Virus record (IMG/VR): IMGVR_UViG_3300027659_000009
Span: 32,001-96,000 of that record
Direction: 5' to 3' (one strand)
DNA from: a virus
Length of the DNA stretch: 64,000 nucleotides
Positions 1-10,510 of this stretch are shown here, piece after piece. Within the stretch, counting starts at the first letter, position 1; each line of letters begins with the position of its first letter. The notes below the pieces were generated by a model. The model was given only the letters and a program-made list of their open reading frames with translations, was not told the origin of the DNA and searched no databases. Both the position numbers and the translations under genes were made by a program.

Positions 1-5
1 GTAAA

Positions 6-329
6 ATGAAAAGACTAAATTATAAAAACGAATTCACTTCAGAAAAAGAAGTACTTAATTTGGTACCTGAAGGTTATAAATTTGATGGTAACGTATTTTT
101 AATGACAGATGGTAATCAGACTTATAAAGTAAGATGGGATGAGTCAATTAATGAAGGTACCGTATTGGGTTATAGAAACAAATCTATGATAAATGAGGAT
201 ATGGTTAAAATGAAAAAATTATTCAATTACAAACATTCAGATTCTATGAGTAAAACTAATGATTATGGTACAGAATCAAAAACATTTTCTAAATTATTTG
301 AATCTGCAAAAGGTAAAAGATTAATATAA
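6..329 (+). CDS. hypothetical phage protein (may extend upstream of the window)
   Basis: 107-aa ORF with INE motifs, followed by a terminator. Confidence 0.6.
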   Translation: MKRLNYKNEFTSEKEVLNLVPEGYKFDGNVFLMTDGNQTYKVRWDESINEGTVLGYRNKSMINEDMVKMKKLFNYKHSDSMSKTNDYGTESKTFSKLFESAKGKRLI

Positions 330-355
330 ACTAATTTGGTTGATAATAATTAATT

Positions 356-384
356 TAAAAGGTACTTTATAGGTACCTTTTTTA
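356..384 (+). terminator. intrinsic terminator
   Basis: aaaaggtac...gtacctttt hairpin plus T tract. Confidence 0.7.
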
Positions 385-406
385 TTTTACATAATATTTA
401 TTAGTG

Positions 407-1741
407 ATGAAAATAATTATAACAGAACAACAATTAAGTAATATAGTCAATAAAAAAGAATGGGGCCGGAATGATGATGGGCCCAAAAAATTTAAAAAAA
501 TTAAAAAAAAAATTTATTGTCTTTGTGATGATGGTACATATAGTATTGAATGTTGTGAGACATATAAACAAGTACCATCAACAGAAAAACATGTGTCCGA
601 TTCTTTAAATGTTATTAAATATGCGTTAGACCAAGGATTAGATTTAAAACGTAGTGCTAGTGATAGTAAATATAGAACATCATGGTTTGATTTAATAGGT
701 GGAACTCAAAATCAAAGAAATGATATTTTAAATATTATACCTTCAGAATATAGAAATTATATACCAGAAATAGTATCAGGTGTAGACAAAAATTTTAAAT
801 TTGATGTTAGATTAATTGATATATTATCGGAAATTGAGAAAATAAGTGGGTTAGAATTAATTATTACAGGGGGTAGAGATTATTTCCATAAACCAAGAAA
901 TCCAAGTTCAAAACATAATACTGGAAAAGCAGTCGATTTTGTACCAATAGATGGTATGAACGCTAAAAATGATAAGAAAATAGAGGAGGCAGTATTACAG
1001 ATAATTTTAAGTGGTAGATATGGTATGGAAATTGGTTTAATAAATGAAAGGGTATACCCTTCTGGTCACGCAAGCGGACCTCATTTTCATATAAGTTTAG
1101 ACACTAATGTAGAGTATAGTAATTTTGGGTTTATTGATATGAATGGTATTTCTTCTGATACTAAAGTAAGTAGTGGTTTAAACTTAAAATGGGGAAATGG
1201 TGGTCCGTACCCCACAAAAATATTGGATAGAATTCATAGTATACAAGTTCAAAAAACAAAAAATATTGAAAAAGAAAAAGAAAAAATATCATTAGAGAAG
1301 ATAAATGCCGAAAAAGAAAATAATATGAAGTTAGAAAAAATAAGATTAGATAATTTATTTTCCACATTAAAATCGGATAATTCATATACATCTTATTGTG
1401 AAAACTTAATTAAAATAAAAAATGAAAACCCTAATGACGTAAGTAAAATACCTACAGAATTGTTAATTAAAAAAGGTGATATAAATGAAACTTTAACTTT
1501 TTGTGAGATGTTACTAGAACCCTTAGTAAAATTGGATATTATGCCGGCACAAAATGTATTAAGACCAAGTGTTATTGGGGTAGAAAAAATAGAAAAAGAC
1601 ATAGAAGAGTATAATAATTTATTAAATTTAAGTACCGTACAATTGATTAGGAAAAAAATAGAATATAAAAACGATCCGACAAAATCAAATTTAATTTTTA
1701 AGATAAATCAAATTTTAAAAGAAAGAATAAAATTAAAATAA
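407..1741 (+). CDS. peptidase M15-like (LAS) Zn cell-wall peptidase with MKIIITE leader
   Basis: SKHNTGKAVD (H-x6-D) and HFH motifs; leader MKIIITEQQL; ATATTTAT at 394-401. Confidence 0.7.
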   Translation: MKIIITEQQLSNIVNKKEWGRNDDGPKKFKKIKKKIYCLCDDGTYSIECCETYKQVPSTEKHVSDSLNVIKYALDQGLDLKRSASDSKYRTSWFDLIGGTQNQRNDILNIIPSEYRNYIPEIVSGVDKNFKFDVRLIDILSEIEKISGLELIITGGRDYFHKPRNPSSKHNTGKAVDFVPIDGMNAKNDKKIEEAVLQIILSGRYGMEIGLINERVYPSGHASGPHFHISLDTNVEYSNFGFIDMNGISSDTKVSSGLNLKWGNGGPYPTKILDRIHSIQVQKTKNIEKEKEKISLEKINAEKENNMKLEKIRLDNLFSTLKSDNSYTSYCENLIKIKNENPNDVSKIPTELLIKKGDINETLTFCEMLLEPLVKLDIMPAQNVLRPSVIGVEKIEKDIEEYNNLLNLSTVQLIRKKIEYKNDPTKSNLIFKINQILKERIKLK

Positions 1742-1811
1742 TTATAAATAATATACTGATTGAATCTACGTTTGTTCCTAAAGAACAGTAAATGATTAAA
1801 AATCACACTAT

Positions 1812-1840
1812 AAAAGGGTACCAAAAGGTACCTTTTTTGT
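1812..1840 (+). terminator. intrinsic terminator
   Basis: aaaagggtacc-aaaa-ggtacctttttt. Confidence 0.7.
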
Positions 1841-1860
1841 TTTATAACATATTTATTAAT

Positions 1861-2631
1861 ATGAAAATATCCTTTAATTCTTTATTAACTGAGACAGTAA
1901 TCGATAACTTAAATATAACTAAAATGGATAAGGCGATACTTAAGTCATTTCATTTACTAAGGAGTGAAAAAATTTATTCACCTAATGGTAAAGAATTTAA
2001 TTTAACTGTTGCAGATAAAATAGAGAAGGTAGAAGAAATGTTAAACACTGGTGACTACCAAAGACTATACACAGTATCTAAATTTTATGAAAAATACGGT
2101 AATTTTCTATTTAACGATATTCCAGATTTAATCGAGGATATAGATATAAATTTTTTAGAGGATCGTGAAGTGATAGAAGGTATTTTATATACATTCTTTT
2201 ATAAAAATTATAAAAATAAAGAAATCTATAGTTATAGGGGTAATTCTTGGGTTTCGGATACATTGATGCCACCTTATGAAGCATCGTTAGAGGAAACATT
2301 TGGTTTAACTATTTTTAATAATAGTGAGGTATATCCCCCTTGTTCATTATTTTTTGACACACTACCAAACAAAAATACTAATAAAATTGGGGTAGATTTT
2401 ATTATTCAGGATGATGAATTTGCGGTGTTTAATGGTGAAAAATATACATACAGTGGTGGTTATGATGAAATAATACATTCTGAATGGATTGACTTTAATT
2501 ACCCCAAAGATTTAAAGAATGAAACACTTAGAACATATTTCGATAAATTAATTAATAAAGTAGTTAACAAAATTATCAAACCAAACGACTATAAGTTTGA
2601 TGAATTTCTTAATTATATGAATCAACAATAA
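1861..2631 (+). CDS. hypothetical protein, leader family (likely start 1861)
   Basis: MKISFNSLLTE follows ATATTTAT at 1849-1856; the upstream ATG at 1792 reads through a terminator. Confidence 0.65.
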   Translation: MKISFNSLLTETVIDNLNITKMDKAILKSFHLLRSEKIYSPNGKEFNLTVADKIEKVEEMLNTGDYQRLYTVSKFYEKYGNFLFNDIPDLIEDIDINFLEDREVIEGILYTFFYKNYKNKEIYSYRGNSWVSDTLMPPYEASLEETFGLTIFNNSEVYPPCSLFFDTLPNKNTNKIGVDFIIQDDEFAVFNGEKYTYSGGYDEIIHSEWIDFNYPKDLKNETLRTYFDKLINKVVNKIIKPNDYKFDEFLNYMNQQ

Positions 2632-2642
2632 AAAAAAATAAA

Positions 2643-3248
2643 ATGTATACAAAAGAACAAATTGAAAAAGCAGTTAAATCAAAAGAATATGTATGGTTTG
2701 ACGGATCAAATGGAAAAGGATATGATGTAAATATAGTTGGTGTAAGAAATAACGCACCTAACATATACAAAAAAGTGACTAATGTATTTGATGATTATAT
2801 AACAATAACATTTAAAGACGAAAATGGTGTTCTACAATACTATTGTTGGTCCGCAACTACTGATCCAGGTAAAAAAGGTGTACAACAATTCCATAATAAA
2901 AATGGTGTTGCAAGATTAGTGCCGGGACAATATAGAGGAACATACGCATTATCATTACATCAAGGAAAATATGAGGCGGTTTGTCAAAGATTACAAGAAG
3001 TTACTGTGTGGAGAGATGGTAATAAAGATTTAACATTTGATGAAGTTAAACAAGATACAGGAATGTTTGGTATTAACATACATAAATCTGGTGTTGATTC
3101 TACTTGGGTGGAAAATTGGTCAGAAGGTTGTCAGGTTTTTAAAAAGGTAAAAGATTTTGATGTGTTTATAAAGATATGTAAGAAAGCCTCTAAAATTTGG
3201 GGTAATAAATTTACATACACATTAATAGAATCTAATGATATAAAATAA
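2643..3248 (+). CDS. L,D-transpeptidase (YkuD)-like protein
   Basis: GINIHKSG...NWSEGCQV His/Cys motif; TTDPG. Confidence 0.6.
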   Translation: MYTKEQIEKAVKSKEYVWFDGSNGKGYDVNIVGVRNNAPNIYKKVTNVFDDYITITFKDENGVLQYYCWSATTDPGKKGVQQFHNKNGVARLVPGQYRGTYALSLHQGKYEAVCQRLQEVTVWRDGNKDLTFDEVKQDTGMFGINIHKSGVDSTWVENWSEGCQVFKKVKDFDVFIKICKKASKIWGNKFTYTLIESNDIK

Positions 3249-3268
3249 AATAAAATAAAATAATAAAA

Positions 3269-4153
3269 ATGGAAATATTAAAGTTAGGATCAAAAGGTAA
3301 ATTGGTAGAAGATTTACAGAAGTACTTAAAAATAAAAGTCGATGGCGACTTTGGTAGTAAAACTGAAACTGCAGTAAAGAATTGGCAAAAAACAAATAAA
3401 TTAATTGCGGATGGGGTTGTTGGACAAAAAACATGGAATGCTATGGGGTTCCAAACAACAACGGATTTATCTGAAACATACCAATCATCAGTAAATGTCA
3501 CCATCAACCAAAAGTTTATGGATAAGGATGAATATTTAGTTGGACCAACTAAAAAAGAATATTTGTTTTTACATCATACCGCTGGTGGTAATGATCCGTA
3601 TGGAGTTGTTAAAATGTGGAATAATGATACTAGAGGTAGAATCGGAACTGAATTTGTTTTAGGTGGACAATCAGTATTTACAGGAAACGATATATACGAT
3701 GGGACGATAGTTCAATCATTTCCTGAAGGATCATATGGGTGGCATTTGGGTGATAATGGTTCAGAATATATGCACTCTCATTCAGTAGGTATTGAGGTAT
3801 GTAATTTCGGACCGATTAAAGATGGTAAAACATACACAGGACAAAAGGCAAATTTAGAACAAATTGTAGAGTTGAATGAATCTTTTAGGGGACATAAAAC
3901 TTGGCATCGTTATTCTGATAAACAACTTTTAGTTTTAAAAGATTTAATATTACACATTGCAAATCGTGATGATATAGATATAAGAAAAGGTTTGATAAGT
4001 GAAATTAAAAAAAGTGGTGTTAAAGGATTTGATTTTAATTCAGACGCGTATTACGGTAAGGTTAAAGGTATGTGGACGCATACTAACACTAGAAAGGATA
4101 AATCCGATATGTTCCCACAACAAGGATTAATTGATATGTTATTATCTTTATAA
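3269..4153 (+). CDS. N-acetylmuramoyl-L-alanine amidase (Amidase_2) with PG-binding domain; endolysin candidate
   Basis: LKLGSKG..VDGDFG..T..AVK.WQ..L.ADGVVG PG_binding_1 pattern; LHHTAG, SVGIE, THT..RKDKSD. Confidence 0.85.
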   Translation: MEILKLGSKGKLVEDLQKYLKIKVDGDFGSKTETAVKNWQKTNKLIADGVVGQKTWNAMGFQTTTDLSETYQSSVNVTINQKFMDKDEYLVGPTKKEYLFLHHTAGGNDPYGVVKMWNNDTRGRIGTEFVLGGQSVFTGNDIYDGTIVQSFPEGSYGWHLGDNGSEYMHSHSVGIEVCNFGPIKDGKTYTGQKANLEQIVELNESFRGHKTWHRYSDKQLLVLKDLILHIANRDDIDIRKGLISEIKKSGVKGFDFNSDAYYGKVKGMWTHTNTRKDKSDMFPQQGLIDMLLSL

Positions 4154-4182
4154 AATAGTATATAAAGTTTATAATTACGTTT

Positions 4183-4644
4183 ATGGAAAATTCAGAATTC
4201 GTGAACTATATCACAAATCCTTTGACTATTGATCAAATGAATTTATTATATAAGGCAAATGATGTAAAATTTGATAGATGTAATTTATACTATGATTTTA
4301 TTAAATCACTTAACAAAGTCATTGTAGACACTTATTTAGGATCAGAGTATATTACAACAGATAGAGAGGTTAATGAACATTATTTATGGTGTTTTAATAA
4401 TATAGTAGATAACTTCAAAGAAGAAAGTATTGTATTTGATGATGTAGTAAGACTAAAAGAATATTTCTTTTATTTTTATGATGAACTATTTTATAAAAAT
4501 AGTGATAAAGTTTTAAATAAATTAGATAATTTGGCAGAGTTATCATTTGATTTCCATAAGATAAAATCTAGATCAGACATAGATATTATGATAGAATTAT
4601 ATAAATTATTCGAAAAAAGTCTTTATTTTAAAACAAAAAAGTGA
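4183..4644 (+). CDS. hypothetical protein
   Basis: 153-aa ORF. Confidence 0.6.
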   Translation: MENSEFVNYITNPLTIDQMNLLYKANDVKFDRCNLYYDFIKSLNKVIVDTYLGSEYITTDREVNEHYLWCFNNIVDNFKEESIVFDDVVRLKEYFFYFYDELFYKNSDKVLNKLDNLAELSFDFHKIKSRSDIDIMIELYKLFEKSLYFKTKK

Positions 4645-4688
4645 CTTTACTATTGATTTTATAGTTTTTTTGTCTTATAGTTGTTTAT

Positions 4689-4925
4689 ATGAATAGTAGA
4701 TTAAAATTTTTACAGATAGTTTTATCGGACTTAATTTCTAAAAGAGATACATTAGAGTTAGATTTAAACAGAGTATTAAATGATGAAAAAACTCAAACTG
4801 ATAATAAAAAAACAGAGTTTGATTTTATATTATCAACTATAACCGTAACCAACAACAAAATACAAATGTTGAGTGAATATATGTCCGTATTTAACAATGT
4901 GGATATTAATAATAACAATGAATAA
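4689..4925 (+). CDS. hypothetical coiled-coil protein
   Basis: 78-aa ORF after a TTG...TATAGTTG promoter-like site. Confidence 0.55.
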   Translation: MNSRLKFLQIVLSDLISKRDTLELDLNRVLNDEKTQTDNKKTEFDFILSTITVTNNKIQMLSEYMSVFNNVDINNNNE

Positions 4926-4937
4926 AAATAAATTAAA

Positions 4938-5111
4938 ATGGAATTGTACGAACAATTAAAAAATTTAGTAGCAGGATTAGAAGAAGATTTTTCTAAATTC
5001 TATGAAAAAAACAATAAGGCTGCTGGAACTAGAGTTAGAAAAGGTTGTCAAGATGTTAAAAACCTTTGTCAGGAAATTAGAGTTAGTGTCTCTGATAAAA
5101 AAAATGTCTAA
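4938..5111 (+). CDS. histone H1-like Hc1 family protein (absent from ORF track)
   Basis: MELYEQLKNLVAGLEEDFSKFYEKNNKAAGTRVRKGCQDVKNLCQEIRVSVSDKKNV; KFYEK.NKAAGTR.RK signature. Confidence 0.8.
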   Translation: MELYEQLKNLVAGLEEDFSKFYEKNNKAAGTRVRKGCQDVKNLCQEIRVSVSDKKNV

Positions 5112-5123
5112 TACAAAAAAGTT

Positions 5124-5315
5124 ATGATTGATATAGTAAAAGATGTATATTTATTTCTGTTCTTTTTATCACTATCAGTGATTGTGAGAAATACATTTTT
5201 CTTAATAAGAAGTGTAAGGATGAATGAACGTTTTAAAATTAATAATGTATCTTTGATAACATTAGGAATTTCTATATCATTCTTTATAACATCAATAATA
5301 TCGTTTTTAAGGTAA
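5124..5315 (+). CDS. small membrane protein
   Basis: two hydrophobic segments. Confidence 0.55.
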   Translation: MIDIVKDVYLFLFFLSLSVIVRNTFFLIRSVRMNERFKINNVSLITLGISISFFITSIISFLR

Positions 5316-5319
5316 AAAA

Positions 5320-5790
5320 ATGTTTCAAGAAAAATTAAGTGAATTAAGACCTTATGTAACTGGAATTAGATTTGTAAAAGACTTACCAGTTGTAGATGTT
5401 TTATTATTAGAAAATTGGGATATGTTCGAAACAGAATCTATAACATATAAACCTAGTAATAATAACAATAATTATTATATGGTTTTCCCCAAAAATTCTG
5501 AAGACTCTATTGATAATGTTTTAGAACACGTTGAATATGTAATAGATTTTAATATTGAAAAAGAAAATAAACTTTCTTTATTGAAGGCTAAAATTGAAGA
5601 ACTTAAGTTCTTATTTAGTGATAAACCGTTAAAGGAATTAGAAAGATTAAAGTTTGTTATCGAATCAATTGATGAACCAACTCTAAAGGACATTAAAACT
5701 GATGTTAATAAGAAAGTTCATAATGGAATCGAATTACCACCAACGAATAGTAATGGTAAATTAGTTGAAGATGAAAAAGAGGGAGTTTAA
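5320..5790 (+). CDS. hypothetical protein
   Basis: 156-aa ORF. Confidence 0.6.
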   Translation: MFQEKLSELRPYVTGIRFVKDLPVVDVLLLENWDMFETESITYKPSNNNNNYYMVFPKNSEDSIDNVLEHVEYVIDFNIEKENKLSLLKAKIEELKFLFSDKPLKELERLKFVIESIDEPTLKDIKTDVNKKVHNGIELPPTNSNGKLVEDEKEGV

Positions 5791-5801
5791 TCCCTCTTTT
5801 T

Positions 5802-6125
5802 TTATACTTCTATTTTTTCTTGAATTGTGTGTAGTAACCAAGTGGTACCTGATAAAAGACACGCATCTAAAAACAATGATAACGGAATAAACCCAACACC
5901 TAAGTAACTATACGTTGGTGATAGAAGTGTGTAACCAGTAATTTGTGCGGTAGTAGATATGAATAAACCAACCCACCACGGAGTACACATCATACAGTTA
6001 ACCAATTGTCCGAAAAAATTAGGACTGTAAACTTCGGCAGTTTTTCTTAAACCGTCAAATATAGAACCAAAAACAATAATGTTTGAAATTCCATAAGTTA
6101 GTAAAATAATTAATAATAATTCCAT
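5802..6125 (-). CDS. DUF1360-like membrane protein with CxxC (likely start 6125)
   Basis: TM segments; IFDGLR..GQLVNCMMCTPWW. Confidence 0.55.
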   Translation of the reverse strand: MELLLIILLTYGISNIIVFGSIFDGLRKTAEVYSPNFFGQLVNCMMCTPWWVGLFISTTAQITGYTLLSPTYSYLGVGFIPLSLFLDACLLSGTTWLLHTIQEKIEV

Positions 6126-6153
6126 AATACTTTTTTTTTTAATTTTTTTTTTA

Positions 6154-6171
6154 ATATTTATTAATAAATAT
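6154..6171. promoter_or_regulatory. palindromic pair of ATATTTAT motifs between divergent genes
   Basis: atatttattaataaatat is a perfect 18-bp palindrome between 6125(-) and 6179(+). Confidence 0.55.
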
Positions 6172-6178
6172 AGGTACA

Positions 6179-7090
6179 ATGAAAGTTATTGTGAATAGAA
6201 AACAATATAATAAAGTGATTAGTGAGACTAGAGGTTACTCTAAAGTTGTTGAAAATTGGGCGGATTATGTCACTGATGAAATATTGGGTAAGATATTAAA
6301 ACAGGATGTTAAAGAAGATGTTTATACAATGACTAATTTATCTAATAAATTAAAAGGTAAAAGTTTTTATGAAGAGTTTCCTGTTGATAGTCTGATATTA
6401 ACGGTTATCATAAATGAAGTGGATGGAGATGACTCATCAATCGATATGGAGTACTCACCTTATTTTACACAAATAATTGAAAATGACGATAACACATATA
6501 ATATATTAGATGCGGAATTCGATGTTGTAATGACATTACCTAAAAATAGAGAAGATATAGATATTAACACTCTATATTATTATTTTTCTTCATTTTTATC
6601 ACATGAATTTATGCATTTATATGAGTGGGTTAATAGGTACTTAGAGACACCTAAAGAAATAAAAGGGTGTGAGGGTATATATACTAATGGTGATATTAAT
6701 GGTGATGCGGTAGATAGAATAGGGTATATGATATACGTCAGCCAATGGTATGAGTTAAACTCTTTTATACAACAAGCGGGTACTATGATAACTAAAAGAA
6801 ACCCACAGGATCATAACGAATTTATGGTATATTTAAAAGAATTACCATTTTATAATTTTGCAGAAATGATGATTAACTATAAAGCGGATATTTATATAAA
6901 AGAGATTGAGTCACTAACAAAAGACAGAACTAATGAATTATCTAAAATCATACTTTGTTTTTATAGTGAAGAAAATAAATTACCTAAAATGAAATCTATA
7001 GATAAGTTTTTAAGTGATGTGGAAAAAAGATTTAGAGTAAGGGGTGAATATTTTAAAAAGAAATTACTAAGATTAGTGACTATAATATGA
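6179..7090 (+). CDS. zincin-like metalloprotease with leader
   Basis: SHEFMHLYE (HExxH) plus a downstream Glu; leader MKVIVNRKQYNKVISE. Confidence 0.6.
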   Translation: MKVIVNRKQYNKVISETRGYSKVVENWADYVTDEILGKILKQDVKEDVYTMTNLSNKLKGKSFYEEFPVDSLILTVIINEVDGDDSSIDMEYSPYFTQIIENDDNTYNILDAEFDVVMTLPKNREDIDINTLYYYFSSFLSHEFMHLYEWVNRYLETPKEIKGCEGIYTNGDINGDAVDRIGYMIYVSQWYELNSFIQQAGTMITKRNPQDHNEFMVYLKELPFYNFAEMMINYKADIYIKEIESLTKDRTNELSKIILCFYSEENKLPKMKSIDKFLSDVEKRFRVRGEYFKKKLLRLVTII

Positions 7091-10000
7091 AAAGAATAAT
7101 TTTAACAGAAAGTCAATATAAACGTTTAATCAAAAAAAACTTAAACGAACAAAAGATAGTATTCAGTAATCCAAAAGATGAATTTGATATTACAAATCAA
7201 ATGATGCAATTATTAATTCATTTGGAATTTTTTATAGATACTATTGCTAATAAATTTTTATATATTGATAAAGTAGAAAATGGTATAATATATATTGATT
7301 CTGCAAAATACACTAAAGAAGAAAAAGATTTAATAAATACAGAAATTGATAAATGGATTGTTTTCACAGACTCAACTAGAGATAAAAGAAGTGAAGATTT
7401 AACATATAACTTTGGTGTTGATAGTGATTGGGATGATCTTTACCCTGATGATGTTGTAGTTGTGGACAATGACAATAATAGTACAACTGATGACATTGAT
7501 TTAGATAATAGTGATGTAACTGATGATATTGACTTTGAAGATGATGGTACTACAGAAATAGATTATGATCCAACTAAAAAATATTCAAGAACAGAATATA
7601 TTGCTTTAGTTAAAGATAATGCTATTAAACAGATGAAAAAATATAAAATACCTGCGTCTATAACTATTGCTCAGGGAATAATTGAATCTGGTGATGGTAA
7701 TTCAGGTTTGGCTAGAAAGGGTAAAAATCATTTTGGTATAAAATGTCACAGTTGGACGGGTGAAAAAATATATTTAGATACTGGAGAAGTAAATAAAGAC
7801 GGGTCTAAACGTATAGACAAAAATGCTTGTTTTAGAAAATATGATAATATTTCACAATCATTTGATGATCACTCCAAATTCTTAGTAGATAATTCTAGAT
7901 ACGGTAGTTTATTTGGGTTAGGTACTACAGACTACAAAGGTTGGGCTGAGGGGTTACAAAAAGCGGGATATGCGACTAGTCCCACATACGCTAATCTTTT
8001 AATTAGTATTATTGAGAAACATAATTTAAATAAATTTGATAGTAATACTACTTCCCCTGTGGTTGGGTGTACTTTTACATCTGCAGAACTTAAATACGTC
8101 AGCGAAAACATAGTAACTAATGATGATAATCTAAATTTTAGATATTGGGTTAATCAAGACCCCAATCGATTAGAAAGGGTAAATAAAAAATTGTCGGACT
8201 GCGGATTAGTGAATCCAATATTAGATAAAAAAGGATCTATTAATGATTATTTAAGACATTCATTTGTTTTAATAGGTAAAGATTGGATTAATGCAAATAA
8301 ACCAAAAAGACCTGATGAGGAAGTAAAAGTTGAAAAGGATGAGGATAATAAAAGAGATTATAATAAAAACGGTAGATTAGATTTAAGTGAATTAACTAAA
8401 ATAATGAATGACACTAACGGGCGAACGGAATACCTATCTAAAGCAGCTGCAATCCAATTTAATAAAATGGTGGTAGATGCGAAGAAAGAAGGTGTAAATA
8501 TTACTATCTCTGACGCATATAGACTTTGTGGTTCCCCAAATGGTAAGGAAAACGTATTTACCCAATGGAAGGCATGGAAAATATATTTAGGAGGAGGTAA
8601 TGTTGCTGCAAAACCAAATCCAAGCAAAGCAGAAAAGTGGAATGAACTACCTGTTTACCCCAATGCCGGATGTGGTTATTGTACATCTAATCATGGATGG
8701 GGTAATGCAATAGATGTTGCGGACGGAAAGAAATGGATTAGGGAAAATGGTGAAAAATATGGTTGGTATTGGGGTGAGGCTCAATCAGAGTCATGGCACT
8801 TTACTTTTTGTGGGGAGGGTGTAGTTAACACACCAAAATACTGTAAAGGTAAAAAAAAGGTAGAAACTGAACTCCCTAAAAAAGTTGTAAAAACCGATTG
8901 TGAATTAACTACTGCAGAACTTAAATACGTCAGCGAAAACATACAAAACGATGATGATAATCTAAATTTTAGATATTGGGTTAATCAAGACCCCAATCGA
9001 TTAGAAAAGGTAAATAAAAAATTGTCGGACTGTGGTTTATCTGACCCTAATTTAAGTAAAAAAGGATCTATTAATGATTATTTAAAACATTCATTTGTTT
9101 TAATAGGTAAAGATTGGGTAAGAGCAAATAAACCAAAAAGACCTGATGAGGAGGAAGAGGTAGTTGTTGATGATGTGATATATGATAGTAGTGAACTATT
9201 AACTTGGAGTAAAAACGCTAAAAAAGACAGAGATGCCGGAATTATCAACCCAACATTAATTAGTGATATTATTAAAGCGTTGAAGGCTATTAATATGAGA
9301 GCACAGATAAGTTGGGCTAGAACTGGACATAATAAATATACGTCAGATGGGGATATTAGTAGACACTGGAGTGGTAATGCGGTAGATATATCTGTTATAG
9401 AAGGTATAGGTAACCCCAATGGAAATGGTAGCAATAAAGGTATTGGTAACGCCAATTTTATGAAAAATGGTGATAGATTGGTAACAGAATTAAAAAAATT
9501 AGGATACTCTTTTGGGGAATCAAATATTAAAGCATTTCTATGGAGAACAGATACAGGTGGTAATCACTGGAATCACGTACACGTATCCAACAAAAACAGA
9601 GTTAAAAAAAAAGTAGAAACTAAACTCCCTAAAAAAACTGAGGAACCTAAAAAATCTGAAGACGCACCAACAATTGTAGGTAATAGTGGATATATTTTGG
9701 GTAAACAAATAACTGTATCTAAAAATGGTCCAGCGGCTCATGCTACTAGGAAGTTAGGTAATTGGCAATCAGATAATGCGACTGACATATTCGGTAAACC
9801 TGGAACTACGGTGTATTCTATTACTAAGGGAACCGTATCTAAGATAGGTGGTAACGATAAGGATCATACTGGTAAAATATATGGTGGTAGTATTACAGTT
9901 AAAGGTAAAGATGGATACTGTGATATATTTTACACCCACTTACAAAAGATAAAGGTAGTAAAGGGGCAAGAAGTCACATTAGGTACACCATTGGCAGAAA

Positions 10001-10107
10001 TATCTTTGTGGCACACAAGCCCTACAGGGTCACACGTTCACGTTGGTTTGCCGTATAAGAAAAATTTAAATTCTCTTCTTAATTTAGATACCGGTAAAAT
10101 TAAATGA
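7087..10107 (+). CDS. multi-domain peptidoglycan hydrolase: GH73 glucosaminidase + M15B + M15-like + M23
   Basis: ASITIAQGIIESG/NHFGIKC/GYATSPTY (GH73); SNHGWGNAID..ESWHF (M15B); SRHWSGNAVD..HWNHVH; YTHL..HVHVG (M23). Confidence 0.85.
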   Translation: MKRIILTESQYKRLIKKNLNEQKIVFSNPKDEFDITNQMMQLLIHLEFFIDTIANKFLYIDKVENGIIYIDSAKYTKEEKDLINTEIDKWIVFTDSTRDKRSEDLTYNFGVDSDWDDLYPDDVVVVDNDNNSTTDDIDLDNSDVTDDIDFEDDGTTEIDYDPTKKYSRTEYIALVKDNAIKQMKKYKIPASITIAQGIIESGDGNSGLARKGKNHFGIKCHSWTGEKIYLDTGEVNKDGSKRIDKNACFRKYDNISQSFDDHSKFLVDNSRYGSLFGLGTTDYKGWAEGLQKAGYATSPTYANLLISIIEKHNLNKFDSNTTSPVVGCTFTSAELKYVSENIVTNDDNLNFRYWVNQDPNRLERVNKKLSDCGLVNPILDKKGSINDYLRHSFVLIGKDWINANKPKRPDEEVKVEKDEDNKRDYNKNGRLDLSELTKIMNDTNGRTEYLSKAAAIQFNKMVVDAKKEGVNITISDAYRLCGSPNGKENVFTQWKAWKIYLGGGNVAAKPNPSKAEKWNELPVYPNAGCGYCTSNHGWGNAIDVADGKKWIRENGEKYGWYWGEAQSESWHFTFCGEGVVNTPKYCKGKKKVETELPKKVVKTDCELTTAELKYVSENIQNDDDNLNFRYWVNQDPNRLEKVNKKLSDCGLSDPNLSKKGSINDYLKHSFVLIGKDWVRANKPKRPDEEEEVVVDDVIYDSSELLTWSKNAKKDRDAGIINPTLISDIIKALKAINMRAQISWARTGHNKYTSDGDISRHWSGNAVDISVIEGIGNPNGNGSNKGIGNANFMKNGDRLVTELKKLGYSFGESNIKAFLWRTDTGGNHWNHVHVSNKNRVKKKVETKLPKKTEEPKKSEDAPTIVGNSGYILGKQITVSKNGPAAHATRKLGNWQSDNATDIFGKPGTTVYSITKGTVSKIGGNDKDHTGKIYGGSITVKGKDGYCDIFYTHLQKIKVVKGQEVTLGTPLAEISLWHTSPTGSHVHVGLPYKKNLNSLLNLDTGKIK
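8081..9152 (+). repeat. near-identical ~240-nt direct repeat (8081-8321 and 8912-9152) within the hydrolase gene
   Basis: AELKYVSENI...NFRYWVNQDPNRLE...ANKPKRPDEE occurs twice with near nucleotide identity. Confidence 0.9.
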
Positions 10108-10496
10108 TAAGAAATGAAAAAAAAAATTATGGTGGTGTACTACTTTTTTGTACCACTACTAATAGATTTTTATTAGGGCAAAGAGGTAAAACAATAACTT
10201 TCTCAAACTCATGGAGTCTTTTTGGTGGTAAAATAGAAAAGGGTGAGACAGTATTAGAAGGTATCAAAAGAGAGTTATATGAGGAAACTAATATAAATTC
10301 AGATGACATATTTTATAAATTATTTGAAACTCAATGGGGAATGGGTTATCCATATCATTTCTACATAGGATATTGTAATGAAGAATATGAGTGTAAATTA
10401 AATGAAGAAAATCAAGATTGGGGTTGGTTTGATATAAATGATTTACCTAAACCATTATTTCCTACGTTATTTTCTTCACTTGTTAGAATTTTATAG
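10104..10496 (+). CDS. Nudix hydrolase
   Basis: GGKIEKGETVLEGIKRELYEET Nudix box. Confidence 0.9.
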   Translation: MIRNEKKNYGGVLLFCTTTNRFLLGQRGKTITFSNSWSLFGGKIEKGETVLEGIKRELYEETNINSDDIFYKLFETQWGMGYPYHFYIGYCNEEYECKLNEENQDWGWFDINDLPKPLFPTLFSSLVRIL

Positions 10497-10510
10497 TTAT
10501 ATTTGTTAGT

